DNA of 64,000 bases, taken from positions 1 to 64,000 of the forward strand of contig JBFMDV010000027.1 of the NCBI GenBank assembly GCA_040753875.1. Direction: 5' to 3'. The notes under the pieces are model-generated. The model searched no databases. It saw only the letters and a program-made list of their open reading frames with translations, and was not told the origin of the DNA. Source of the stretch: Candidatus Zixiibacteriota bacterium (GTDB lineage: Bacteria > Zixibacteria > MSB-5A5 > GN15 > FEB-12). How positions within the stretch are numbered: the stretch's first letter is position 1; every line of letters starts with the position of its first letter. The translations under genes and the position numbers were made by a program. Shown piece after piece: positions 17,847 through 27,581 of this stretch.

Positions 17847-19829
17847 TCAGACCCGAATCGGCAGGATAACGATCGGTATCCCCTGGTGGTAGAGCCGTTT
17901 CTGAACCGCGAAGATCGTGTAGTTATGAAGGAGACGCGTGAAAAAGGATTCCTTCTGGAAAACCAGTTGTCCGCCGAACAATACGGTTTTGGGAAAGCGC
18001 TCCAGAACCTCGGGAATTATCCGCTCGATCTCCTCGACAACATCGACGCCAATAGCGGTCACGCTCTCGGCAAAATAGCCGTGCTGCTGCATGTAGCGGA
18101 CGTACCGCTTGCCTTCCGAGACGATATGTTCGGTCAGCCGGTCGATCTCGGCCGATCCCTTGAAATTGCCGACATCGATCGACCCCACCTGCACGAAGAT
18201 GAAATTCTTGAACGTGCCTTCAAACAGCTTGATGACGCTGAGCAGGGTATGCAGGCCGAGTCCGTTGAAGCCATTGACAAGCAACACGGCTGTCTTTGCT
18301 TTCCGATCGCACGGAACAACGGGTGCCGGTTCGACGGCAGGCTTTTCGGACAGCGCGGTCGCGGCCACCAGCAGTTCGTCCAGCCGGTTGAGCTGGCGGG
18401 CGGTCTGGCGATAGTGGCGCTTGATGACGAAGGCCAACGCAACGAGCAGTCCGGTCACCAGCAGCGTGAGCCACCCCCCCTGGTAGAATTTAAGAATGCT
18501 CATGGACAGAAGCAGGAAGCCGGTGAGGAGCAGGCCGATGCCGTTGATGCCGAGCTTGTATCGCCACCTGGCCGTGCGCCGTCGCTCCTGCCACCAATGC
18601 CGCACCATGCCCAGCTGCGACAGACAAAACGTGATGAATACCGTGATACTGTAAAGCACTACCAGGAAGCGCACCGACCCGCGTGAAATGAGCACCATCG
18701 CCAGCGCAGTTCCCCCCATCAGAAGAATTCCATTTTGGGTCACCAACCGGTCACTGAGCATGGAGAATCGCGTGGGGAACCATCGGTCGACAGCCATATT
18801 GGATAACACTCGCGGGCCATCGAGGAATCCGGTCTGTGCGGCGACGAACAAAAGCGCGGCTTCGGAGAGAAGTGTCACGGTCACGAAGATAGTCCCCCAC
18901 CCGCCCCAGCCACCGGTCATGGTCTGGAACAGGACGGCGTTGAGCGTCTTGCCGGGGACCGGTTCGACCTGAAAGAGCAGGTACGCGATCATCAGTCCCA
19001 GGACCATAAACGACAACGACAGCGCCATATACCGCATGGTCTTTTTACCGTTCTCGACACGCGGTTCGCGTATCACCGGCAGCCCGTTCGAGACCGCCTC
19101 GATACCGGTGTAGGTACCGGCACCGAAACTGTATGAGCGCATGAGCAGGAAAAAGACGCCGAGGAGTCCTATCTCCGATTGTGCTTGTGAGAACTCGCTG
19201 ACGGTAGTGTCGAACACCTTCGGAAGAACCGGAACATGGGTCACAATGGCGTAGGCAATCGCGATCACATGTGTGCCCACGAACACCAGCATTATCGGGA
19301 TCAACGGCACGACCGATTCGCGGATGCCCCGGAGGTTCATGACCGTCAACAGCAGTACTCCGGCTACCGCAAATACCAGTTTGTAGCCGTGCCATTCGGG
19401 CGGGAGGAAACTGAACAGGGCATCGGAGCCGCTCGAAATGGAGATACCGATGGTCAGCACGTAGTCGATGATCAGCGCACAGCCGGAGACCATGCCGAAA
19501 GTCGGACTGAGGAGCTTACTGGCCACCAGGTAGCCGCCGCCGCCTGAAGGAAACAGCTCGATGATATGCGTGTAACTCGTGCTGATGATAAGAACGGTGG
19601 CAACCGAGGCGAGCCCGACCAGCAACGCCAGATAACTGTGTCCCTTGAGAGCCAGGAACGCCTCTTCAGGACCGTAGCAGGATGACGAGAGACCGTCGGC
19701 ACCCATCCCGACCCACGCCAGGAACGCCGTCAGCGTCAAAGCGTGAAACAGCGACCGATCCTGGAGATCGCGGCTGCCGCCGATGAGAAGCGTCTTGACT
19801 TTCTTGCTCAGCGATGGTTCGGTATCCAT
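17847..19829 (-). CDS. APC-superfamily amino acid permease with C-terminal cytoplasmic domain (start at Met 19829; ORF extends to 19883)
   Basis: About 12 transmembrane helices with APC-like signatures, followed by a roughly 200-aa soluble C-terminus. Confidence 0.7.
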   Translation of the reverse strand: MDTEPSLSKKVKTLLIGGSRDLQDRSLFHALTLTAFLAWVGMGADGLSSSCYGPEEAFLALKGHSYLALLVGLASVATVLIISTSYTHIIELFPSGGGGYLVASKLLSPTFGMVSGCALIIDYVLTIGISISSGSDALFSFLPPEWHGYKLVFAVAGVLLLTVMNLRGIRESVVPLIPIMLVFVGTHVIAIAYAIVTHVPVLPKVFDTTVSEFSQAQSEIGLLGVFFLLMRSYSFGAGTYTGIEAVSNGLPVIREPRVENGKKTMRYMALSLSFMVLGLMIAYLLFQVEPVPGKTLNAVLFQTMTGGWGGWGTIFVTVTLLSEAALLFVAAQTGFLDGPRVLSNMAVDRWFPTRFSMLSDRLVTQNGILLMGGTALAMVLISRGSVRFLVVLYSITVFITFCLSQLGMVRHWWQERRRTARWRYKLGINGIGLLLTGFLLLSMSILKFYQGGWLTLLVTGLLVALAFVIKRHYRQTARQLNRLDELLVAATALSEKPAVEPAPVVPCDRKAKTAVLLVNGFNGLGLHTLLSVIKLFEGTFKNFIFVQVGSIDVGNFKGSAEIDRLTEHIVSEGKRYVRYMQQHGYFAESVTAIGVDVVEEIERIIPEVLERFPKTVLFGGQLVFQKESFFTRLLHNYTIFAVQKRLYHQGIPIVILPIRV

Positions 19830-19954
19830 CACATCCTCAAACTTCAATATTGACGACGTTAGACGGCATTCAGAGCGTCCCAAACGCCGAACGCGGACCG
19901 CTTATTAAAGGGGAATCGGGACCAAACGCAAGTCAGATTTGTGGACCCAGAGAA

Positions 19955-20695
19955 TCACTGTTTCCGGGCGAGAAAAAACGTCCGCCCCGTTTCTTCGGCA
20001 ATTCGATCTCCGGTGATGTTATACATCGCAGGATCGGCGAAGCCTGTTCCGTGCAGGGCGGCTATGATCTGTTCGGAACGGTAGCACGTTTGCGTGAGGG
20101 CGAGATTGACACGCCGCCACCCTGCGCCCTCCAGACGAAAAAGAGTGAGGTCAAGCCGTGCAGTTCTTCTGTCGGAGTCGTAGGAGGATCGTGCCGCCAC
20201 CACGTTGTCATTTTCGACCATCGAGAATGACCCTTTCCAGCGTTCACGGTAGCCGACGTCCATATTCAGATCGAACAGGAACGGAGCACCCGGATTCAGC
20301 AGTCGCGAGACATTCTCAAATGTCTTTCTGATATCCTCGATCGTCAGCAGGTGATTGAGACTGTCGTAGGTTGAGACGGCAGCGTCGAAGGTGTCATCAA
20401 GCGAAAACGAGCGGGCATCGGCACGATGAAACAGAATGGCAGGCGCGTTGACGCGAGCGAAGCTGAGCATCTCCTCGGAAATATCCACGCCCACTACTCT
20501 GAAACCCCGTTCGGCGAGCCGAGCCGCAAGCTGGCCGGTGCCGCAGCAGAGATCCAGAATAGATGCGGCGGACGGAAGATTGGGCAACAGGAGTTTCTCA
20601 AGAAGAGGCATCACACGATCTACCCAGGGACCGGCCCAATGCTTGTTATAAAACCAGGCGAATTGGTCATAATCTGAAGAAGGATGGTTGCTCAT
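19955..20695 (-). CDS. class I SAM-dependent methyltransferase
   Basis: ILDLCCGTGQ motif I and VGVDISEEM motif II. Confidence 0.7.
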   Translation of the reverse strand: MSNHPSSDYDQFAWFYNKHWAGPWVDRVMPLLEKLLLPNLPSAASILDLCCGTGQLAARLAERGFRVVGVDISEEMLSFARVNAPAILFHRADARSFSLDDTFDAAVSTYDSLNHLLTIEDIRKTFENVSRLLNPGAPFLFDLNMDVGYRERWKGSFSMVENDNVVAARSSYDSDRRTARLDLTLFRLEGAGWRRVNLALTQTCYRSEQIIAALHGTGFADPAMYNITGDRIAEETGRTFFLARKQ

Positions 20696-20898
20696 GGGTC
20701 ACGCTCCAGTGTCAGTATAACCGGGATCACGAGCGGAAAGCACCATAAACTGTGTCCGGTCACACGGGCTACTGCCACGGTACCCTTTTCCTTGCCAAAG
20801 GACGGTTCGTGGGTTATTCTCGAAGGCAATAACGGACAAGCAAGTACATTCAAGTACTGGAGACCAGATTCGTTGCTGTCGCCGGGCGAAAGCGCACC

Positions 20899-21495
20899 AT
20901 GACCGAATCAAAGAGTACTAAGCGTACTGATATAGAGATCTGGAACGAGGTCTTATCCGGGAGTTCCAAGGCCTGGCGCGAGTTGATCGAACGATATCAG
21001 CCACTCGTTTACACGGTGGCCACACGCGCCGGCCTGTCTATGGCGGATGCCTCTGATTGCTTCCAACAGACCTGGGTACTCCTGTTTCAGAATCGGTACA
21101 AGCTCAATGATCCGAGCCGACTATCAGCCTGGCTGGTAACAACTGCCAGGCGGGAGGCGATCCGACTGGGACGGCGAGTTGATTCACACAGCGATCTCGA
21201 CTCTGTACCGGAACCGGTAGACCCTGACCGATTACCGGACGAAGCGCTTGAGCGAATGCGCCGTCAGTCGCAACTTGAAACCGGTCTCCGGCAGCTTGAT
21301 GAGCGGTGTCGTAAGCTGCTGACTGCCATATTCTTCGCTCCAGAGGACAGATCGTATGAAGAGGTGGCGAACATGGTGGGGATCGCCCCTAACTCCATGG
21401 GCCCCATACGAGGACGCTGTCTCGAACGCCTCAAACGGATACTCGTTGCGAACGGTTTTCCCGCTGTACGAAAAGGGGGAGCGGTCTCTCTGTAG
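20899..21495 (+). CDS. RNA polymerase ECF-type sigma factor
   Basis: Sigma-70 region 2 (YQPLVYTVA..., SDCFQQTWVLLF) and region 4 (SYEEVANMVGIAPNSMGPIRGRCLERL). 198 aa. Confidence 0.8.
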   Translation: MTESKSTKRTDIEIWNEVLSGSSKAWRELIERYQPLVYTVATRAGLSMADASDCFQQTWVLLFQNRYKLNDPSRLSAWLVTTARREAIRLGRRVDSHSDLDSVPEPVDPDRLPDEALERMRRQSQLETGLRQLDERCRKLLTAIFFAPEDRSYEEVANMVGIAPNSMGPIRGRCLERLKRILVANGFPAVRKGGAVSL

Positions 21496-21528
21496 GTCGG
21501 ATGTTTCTGAAGGGAAAGGCTGTTACGG

Positions 21529-22107
21529 ATGAAAATTGTTAAGCACCCGGATCGAACAGAGCTCCTCAAAGCCGTCGCTGACAGGACGCCGACCGTTCTC
21601 TCGCATCTGAAGTCCTGTGCAGCCTGCCGTGAACTTTTTGAGCTTCTTGGCGCTTATCCGGTTGCCGGCGAGCTGGCGCTCACGAGCGCACCTTCAGCCT
21701 GGATCGACCGAGCTGTAGAGCTGGCACGTACAAGCGCGCCATCTGAGGTCGTGAGACGGCTTCTGGCGCGGCTTTCATTCGATTCCTGGAGCCTGCCGGC
21801 GGCGGTTGGCGTCCGGAGTCTGGCCACCGAAACCGAACGACGACTCCGTTTTGACACCGAACTTCTCACGTTCGACCTTCGGGCCGAAAAACAGTCCCAA
21901 GGATGGGATTTCATTGCTCAGGTTGCCGAAAAAACTTCCCAGGCCAGTCACATCGAACTCCGCGCCGGACGAACCGTTATCCCGGTCGACGGCCGCGGGT
22001 TCTTTCAGTGGTCCAGTAAACGTCCCACGGCCAGATTGACGCTACGAGTTGACGATATGTTGATCGAGTTGCCGGAGGTGACGTGGAAGACGAAAAACCG
22101 GACCTGA
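21529..22107 (+). CDS. putative zinc-finger anti-sigma factor
   Basis: Immediately downstream of the ECF sigma. HLKSCAACRELFE matches the Hx3Cx2C zinc-finger anti-sigma motif. Overlaps the next gene by 25 nt. Confidence 0.5.
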   Translation: MKIVKHPDRTELLKAVADRTPTVLSHLKSCAACRELFELLGAYPVAGELALTSAPSAWIDRAVELARTSAPSEVVRRLLARLSFDSWSLPAAVGVRSLATETERRLRFDTELLTFDLRAEKQSQGWDFIAQVAEKTSQASHIELRAGRTVIPVDGRGFFQWSSKRPTARLTLRVDDMLIELPEVTWKTKNRT

Positions 22108-24809
22108 GCCGGACTGCCCGACGTTTCCTCGCCTCCGGCAGTGTGAGTCGGGTAGAACCGACCGTCTTAGCCGCGGCTTGCGAAACTTTCATACTCCAGA
22201 GATCCCGGCAATCATTATCCGACGCCTTGGCGCTGGCGAGACAGTTCGTGAAACGGTCAACGGGGCACCCAAGCGTCGTCCGCCTGGCCGCGTATCGTTC
22301 CCTGGCCCGCGCCGCTCATCTCAGCGCCCGTCACCGTGAGGCACTACGCGCCTATCTGAATGTCCGTCGGCTGCATGGCGGAAACAGGCTCGGGGTGGCC
22401 AAAGTGGACCGGGCGCTAATTGACATTTACATGTATCTGGGGAATTTTTCAGAGTCACGGCGAAAGGCGCTGCTGGCAGTACGGGCTTTCAAGAACGCTG
22501 GGGCGTTATCCGATGTGGCGATGACACAGGTCAATCTGGCCAACGTGTTGCACCGGCAGGACCGACATCGCGACGCCGAAAAACTGTATCGCTCGGCGGC
22601 CGAGCACTTCAGAAAGACTGCCGACGCTCCTGCCCTGGCGCGCTGTCTTTACAACCGCGCGAATACGCTCGTGCAGTTATTTCGCATGGACGAAGCCGAG
22701 CAATCGTACGACGAAGCAGAGCGAATTTATACGGCCAACGGTTTCACGCTTGAAGCCACCGATGCCCGGTACGGCCTGGCCTGGCTCAGAATGCTCAGTG
22801 GAAAATTCCACGTCGCACTCACCGACCTGGCCGAATGCGAATCGATCTATCGACAGATGGGTCAGCCCAAAGGGGCGGCGCTTTGCGAACTCGACCGCGC
22901 TGAGGTGTACCTTGGGCTCAATCTGTTCAGTGATGCTCGCGAAGCCGCTCGAATGGCCGAAAGATCGTTCCGCAAGCTGGGCCTTCGTTACGAATTAGCC
23001 AAGGCGTGCCTGTTTCGCGCCAAAGCGGCGCTGGCGCTCGGGTACGCGGTCGAAGGCAAAAAAACGCTGGCAGCGGCACAGACCCGATTCAAAGCCGAAA
23101 AGAACAATGGATTTCTTGGTGCTACACTTCTGGCGAGAGCGCAGATATCCGATGACCGGCGCGAGCAATTGTCGGCTCTGGTCAGAGCGCGGCGCCAATT
23201 CGAACGGGCGCAACTGCCGCTGTGGGAAGCAGTGTGCGATCTGCACGAGGCCGCAAGTTCACGCGATGCCCGCAGACCACTTCGCCGCCTGGCCAGAAAC
23301 GGAGCGGCTCAACAGGTGCCGCACTTGTTTGCCGGATGGCAGACGCTGGCCGGGGATATCGCGTATGGGCAGGGGAAGAAACAGCAGGCGCGCACCCATT
23401 GGCAAATCGCGGCCGAGCGACTTGATGCCGTTCGAGCACAATTGCCGCCGATCGAAATGCGCTCGACCTTCAGCCGTCTCCCGGGCAGCCCCCATCGAAA
23501 ACTGGTCGCCTCTTTTCTCGATGATGACCCGGCTATAGCTGCAGTTTGGTCGGAGCGATACAGGACTGCCGGTATCTGGACCCCACTGGTAGACCTTGTC
23601 GCTCCTGACCAAACCCGCCAACGCGCCGAGAATAGTCTGGTGCAACTGGCCAATCAAGTGGCGCAACTGTCACGCCAGATCGGGGGGGTGGCGGGCGAAC
23701 GTTCTGCCTCGACCCTTCTTCCGCGGGCAGTGGCGAGGCTACAGCGCGATGTTCGTATGGAGCTGTCCCGCGCGGAGCGGAATGGAGGAGGTCAGGTCGA
23801 TTCGATAGAGCGTCTGCTCGAGCAATTTGCCGCAGCATCCCGCATGCAGCCGGTGGTACAATTTCATCAGCACGAAGCAGACATAGTGGCGTTCATACAT
23901 GAACATGGCACGACGCGGGTGCACCGCTTTCAGGACGGCGGCAACCGTCTCATGCAGTCGATGCGGGAGTGGCGATTCCTGCTCGAAGGAGAACTGCTGT
24001 CACAACAACTGGGTGCGGCCATCGTGGGGGACCAGGAAACCCCGTTCTTTGAATCGCTCGGGGAATGGCTCTGGCGACCGCTCGAGGTGCCGAAGCGAGT
24101 ACCCCGGGTCCTTATTATCCCTGAAGGGGATCTGGCGAATCTCCCATGGCAGGCGCTGCGAGTTGGTGGTGAGCCCCTCCTCGATCGGCACGACTTTGTC
24201 GTTACACCGAGTATCCGCCATTTCAGTCATGCCAAGGAGATCATCGTCAAGAGCTCCGAGGTCGGCGTTTTCGTAGGACCAGCTCAGGATCTGCCGGAAG
24301 TGAGCCGTGAATTGCAGACCCTGCAGGAGTCCACGACTCGTCCAATCACCATACACGATCCGAGCTGCCGGCAGGATTGGCCGGCCACGGGAGAGGCATC
24401 GGTCTGGCATTTTTCCGGGCACGCGCATCTTCGCGCCGACAATCCATTTTATTCGTTCCTGGCGCTGGCAGACGGCCCGCTATTTGCAGCAGATTTCAGA
24501 CTGAAAGATGTCAAGGTTCACCTGGTAACGCTGGCGGCCTGTCGCTCCGGCCAACAAGTGGCTCTTCCGGGCGAGGAAACCTCCGGGCTGGTTCGGTCGT
24601 TACTGGAGATGGGCGCCCGAAATGTTATCGCCGGACATTGGCCGGTCTCGGATCGCTCGACAGCTCTGTGGATGAGCACCTTTTACAATACGTACTTCGT
24701 GGGCAACGACATACTGGCGGCGGCCCGCCGCGCGGCGACGGTGGTCCGTGAGCAGTACCCCTCGGCCTATCACTGGGCCGCTTTCTCCGTTTTCGGCGCC
24801 GGCAATTAA
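22083..24809 (+). CDS. TPR-repeat / CHAT-domain (caspase-like) protein
   Basis: The N-terminal roughly 600 aa are TPR-like helical repeats. The C-terminal CHAT domain carries a His (WHFSGHAH) and a Cys (LVTLAACRSG) dyad. Confidence 0.75.
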   Translation: MEDEKPDLSRTARRFLASGSVSRVEPTVLAAACETFILQRSRQSLSDALALARQFVKRSTGHPSVVRLAAYRSLARAAHLSARHREALRAYLNVRRLHGGNRLGVAKVDRALIDIYMYLGNFSESRRKALLAVRAFKNAGALSDVAMTQVNLANVLHRQDRHRDAEKLYRSAAEHFRKTADAPALARCLYNRANTLVQLFRMDEAEQSYDEAERIYTANGFTLEATDARYGLAWLRMLSGKFHVALTDLAECESIYRQMGQPKGAALCELDRAEVYLGLNLFSDAREAARMAERSFRKLGLRYELAKACLFRAKAALALGYAVEGKKTLAAAQTRFKAEKNNGFLGATLLARAQISDDRREQLSALVRARRQFERAQLPLWEAVCDLHEAASSRDARRPLRRLARNGAAQQVPHLFAGWQTLAGDIAYGQGKKQQARTHWQIAAERLDAVRAQLPPIEMRSTFSRLPGSPHRKLVASFLDDDPAIAAVWSERYRTAGIWTPLVDLVAPDQTRQRAENSLVQLANQVAQLSRQIGGVAGERSASTLLPRAVARLQRDVRMELSRAERNGGGQVDSIERLLEQFAAASRMQPVVQFHQHEADIVAFIHEHGTTRVHRFQDGGNRLMQSMREWRFLLEGELLSQQLGAAIVGDQETPFFESLGEWLWRPLEVPKRVPRVLIIPEGDLANLPWQALRVGGEPLLDRHDFVVTPSIRHFSHAKEIIVKSSEVGVFVGPAQDLPEVSRELQTLQESTTRPITIHDPSCRQDWPATGEASVWHFSGHAHLRADNPFYSFLALADGPLFAADFRLKDVKVHLVTLAACRSGQQVALPGEETSGLVRSLLEMGARNVIAGHWPVSDRSTALWMSTFYNTYFVGNDILAAARRAATVVREQYPSAYHWAAFSVFGAGN

Positions 24810-24819
24810 GGAGCAGGTT

Positions 24820-26214
24820 ATGCGCAAGTATTTCATATCCGTGTTCATTGTCCCGGGTCTCCTCCTATTTTCCGCGGGACCACTTGCGGCCAACGGCAAT
24901 CCCTATGTGCCGGGCCAGATGGTTTTGAAACTGTGGGCAGGGCAGGAAGACCAACTCGACTCCATCACCAACCTGTATCAGGCGACCATTGTGGACTCGC
25001 TGGCAGGGGTGGGCTGTTATCTGTTACAGGCACCTGAAGGGCAGGACCCCGAGAGTCTGTCGCTGGAGATGGAGTATGAGACGGAGGTGGAATACTGCGA
25101 CGCAAACTACATTCTGGCCGCGCCCGAACCGGTTCAGTCGAGCCAGCCGTTCATCGATCTGCAGGCGCGTGGCGATTTTCTGACTCAGCCGGCATCAACG
25201 CGTCTGTCACTGCCGACTGCCCAGGCGATCAACAGCGGCACGGGGGTATCGGTTGGGGTCATAGATGTTGGTGTCAATCTGGTTCACCCGGCTCTGGCCG
25301 GAAATGTGGTTTCAGGCTTCGATTTTGTGTCCAACGATGCGGTAGCGACCGATGAGCCGGGCGGTTCGGCCAGTGGTCACGGGACTTTCATCGCCGGTGT
25401 TATCAAACTGGTGGCGCCGTCGGCTGAGATTAAAGCATACCGGGTGCTCGATACGACCGGGAATGGGGACGGGTTCTCGATTGCGGAAGCGGTGGTCCGC
25501 GCCGTCGATGAGGGCTGCAAAGTGATCAATCTCAGTATGGTCATGAGCGGCAAGCACGGCTCACTCGACCAGGCACTCACCTATGCGCGCGACCACAATG
25601 TTATGGTGGTTGCCGCTGCCGGCAACGACTCCACGGAGGTGCAGCGATATCCGGCATCCGACTCATACGTGCTGTCGGTGGCGGCGCTCGACTCATTCGA
25701 CCTCAAGGCCGGATTCTCCAATTACGGCAGCGATATCAGCCTGGCGGCTCCCGGCACCATGGTGTATGCGCCGTTTCTGGATACCCTGTACGCCTGGTGG
25801 AACGGCACCAGTTTCGCAGCGCCGTTTGTGGCCGGGACTGCCGCGCTGGTGTATGCGTCCAATCCATCGGCCACCTGGGAGATGGTTCGCGATGCGCTGC
25901 GCAATACAGCCACCAGTGTCGATTCCATCAATCCACTTTATGAGGGAAAACTTGGCACCGGCATGGTCAATCCGCTCGCGGCGGTGCAATCGGTAACCAG
26001 CAGCGTCTGCGGTGACCTGGACCAGAACCAGATCGGTCCGGACCTGGCTGATCTGACTTTCCTGGTCGACTTCCTGTTTTTCAACGGTCCGGCCTGCACC
26101 AATCAAATGATCGCCCGCATTGATCCGGGTACCGGCTCGCCGGACATTTCGGACCTGCAGTACCTCATCGATTATCTGTTCTTCGCCGGTTCCGTGCCAG
26201 TCTGTGCTCCCTGA
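24820..26214 (+). CDS. secreted S8 (subtilisin-family) serine peptidase with C-terminal dockerin-like tandem repeats
   Basis: AAGGAG RBS 7 nt before ATG 24820. Signal peptide. Catalytic Asp (GVIDVG), His (SGHGTFIAG) and Ser (GTSFAAPFVAG). Two C-terminal dockerin-like repeats: GDLDQNQIGPDLADLTFLVDFLFFNG and ARIDPGTGSPDISDLQYLIDYLFFAG. Confidence 0.85.
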   Translation: MRKYFISVFIVPGLLLFSAGPLAANGNPYVPGQMVLKLWAGQEDQLDSITNLYQATIVDSLAGVGCYLLQAPEGQDPESLSLEMEYETEVEYCDANYILAAPEPVQSSQPFIDLQARGDFLTQPASTRLSLPTAQAINSGTGVSVGVIDVGVNLVHPALAGNVVSGFDFVSNDAVATDEPGGSASGHGTFIAGVIKLVAPSAEIKAYRVLDTTGNGDGFSIAEAVVRAVDEGCKVINLSMVMSGKHGSLDQALTYARDHNVMVVAAAGNDSTEVQRYPASDSYVLSVAALDSFDLKAGFSNYGSDISLAAPGTMVYAPFLDTLYAWWNGTSFAAPFVAGTAALVYASNPSATWEMVRDALRNTATSVDSINPLYEGKLGTGMVNPLAAVQSVTSSVCGDLDQNQIGPDLADLTFLVDFLFFNGPACTNQMIARIDPGTGSPDISDLQYLIDYLFFAGSVPVCAP

Positions 26215-26360
26215 TCGTTCCGCATTGTGTTAGGGCGAAATGACTCCTCGCAGGCCAGCCTGCGGGGTTCTTTTTGCCTGTACTGATACCACTCGGCACG
26301 CCTCTGTTTCACAGAATCAAGAGTAACCGAATCGACAAAGTCCACAAAGAAAGGGACCAA

Positions 26361-27575
26361 ATGAAAACCGTGAACCTTCGCAGAATCCTGATGGGGTCCA
26401 TCTCACTGGGGTTGCTGATCAGCCTTATCGGCTGTTCCGGGGAAAGCCCGGTCGCGCCGATGGCCGGCTCCGGTGGTTCCACTAACGGCGGTGGTATTTT
26501 TGCATCCGCCACCTCGACCGAGATTTACGGTCGTGTTGCCAGCATAGATCCGAACGCACATACGATGACTCTGACCGGCGACCCGACGACCATCACGGTG
26601 GCCGACAACGCCGAACTTGTTCGCCGCGAGCATGGCATCGAGACCCCCATCACCCTCTTTGATATCAACGTGGGAGATTCTGCCGAGGTTCATGGCGATA
26701 TGAACGGCGGCAGTCTTCTGGCCGACCGTGTCCGCATTCGAATCGAAGATGGACCCGGCATGGAAGTGGAGCTGCGCGGACGAGTCGCTGCCGTGGACAC
26801 CATGGCACGGACACTTGCGCTGGTAGGGGATGCCACAGTGTACAACGTTTCGCCGTCGGCGGAGATCGTGCAGAGGACCTCGGGAGTTGAGACGCCGATC
26901 GAACTGGGGCAGATCGTTGTGGGTGACTCACTCGAAGTGAAGGGGACAACTCAAGCGGACGGCTCAGTGCTGCTCAGCCGTATTCGCGTCAAGATCGAGG
27001 ATCTGGAAGACATGCGGGCAGAGGTCGAGTTCACGGCCAGGATCGCCACGATCGATTATTCGGCCGGCACGTTCACGGTGGAGGGGCACAGCGAGACCAT
27101 CGTGACCGACAGCAATACCTCGATTTTTATGAAAGCGAATATCGACTCGAGCGGCACGCCGGCCGGCAAACCGGTTGACGGCGGTGACGGCGAAGGATTC
27201 CAGGATGAAGATCTTCGCACTCCCATAGCCTTTACGGATCTGCGAGTGGGTGATTTCGTGGAGATTCATGCCAATCGGATCGATGCCTCGACGCTCTACG
27301 CTGTCGCGATCGAGCTCGAAGACGGCGCCGCCGGGGACGGGTTGGAGGTAGAATTCAAAGCGAACCTGGCGTCGGTCGATCCGGTGAACGGGATTGTGAC
27401 GTTCGACGGCCAGACCTGGACCGGCGTGGTAGCCCCCGGAGCCGATCTGAGAGGGTTAATGGATGAGTCGCTGACGCTGTTCGATTTCGTGGCGGGTCAA
27501 TTGGTGGAAGTGGAAGGATTCCGGCAGGCAGGTGATACGCTGCAGGTAGTCAAGATGCATCGCGACAACAACTGA
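26361..27575 (+). CDS. lipoprotein with about four tandem 75-80-aa repeats
   Basis: Lipobox LISLIGC|SG. The repeat unit reads RVA.ID...TL.L.GD.T...V...E.V.R..G.ETPI.L..I.VGDS.EV.G. Confidence 0.6.
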   Translation: MKTVNLRRILMGSISLGLLISLIGCSGESPVAPMAGSGGSTNGGGIFASATSTEIYGRVASIDPNAHTMTLTGDPTTITVADNAELVRREHGIETPITLFDINVGDSAEVHGDMNGGSLLADRVRIRIEDGPGMEVELRGRVAAVDTMARTLALVGDATVYNVSPSAEIVQRTSGVETPIELGQIVVGDSLEVKGTTQADGSVLLSRIRVKIEDLEDMRAEVEFTARIATIDYSAGTFTVEGHSETIVTDSNTSIFMKANIDSSGTPAGKPVDGGDGEGFQDEDLRTPIAFTDLRVGDFVEIHANRIDASTLYAVAIELEDGAAGDGLEVEFKANLASVDPVNGIVTFDGQTWTGVVAPGADLRGLMDESLTLFDFVAGQLVEVEGFRQAGDTLQVVKMHRDNN

Positions 27576-27581
27576 GCGGTG

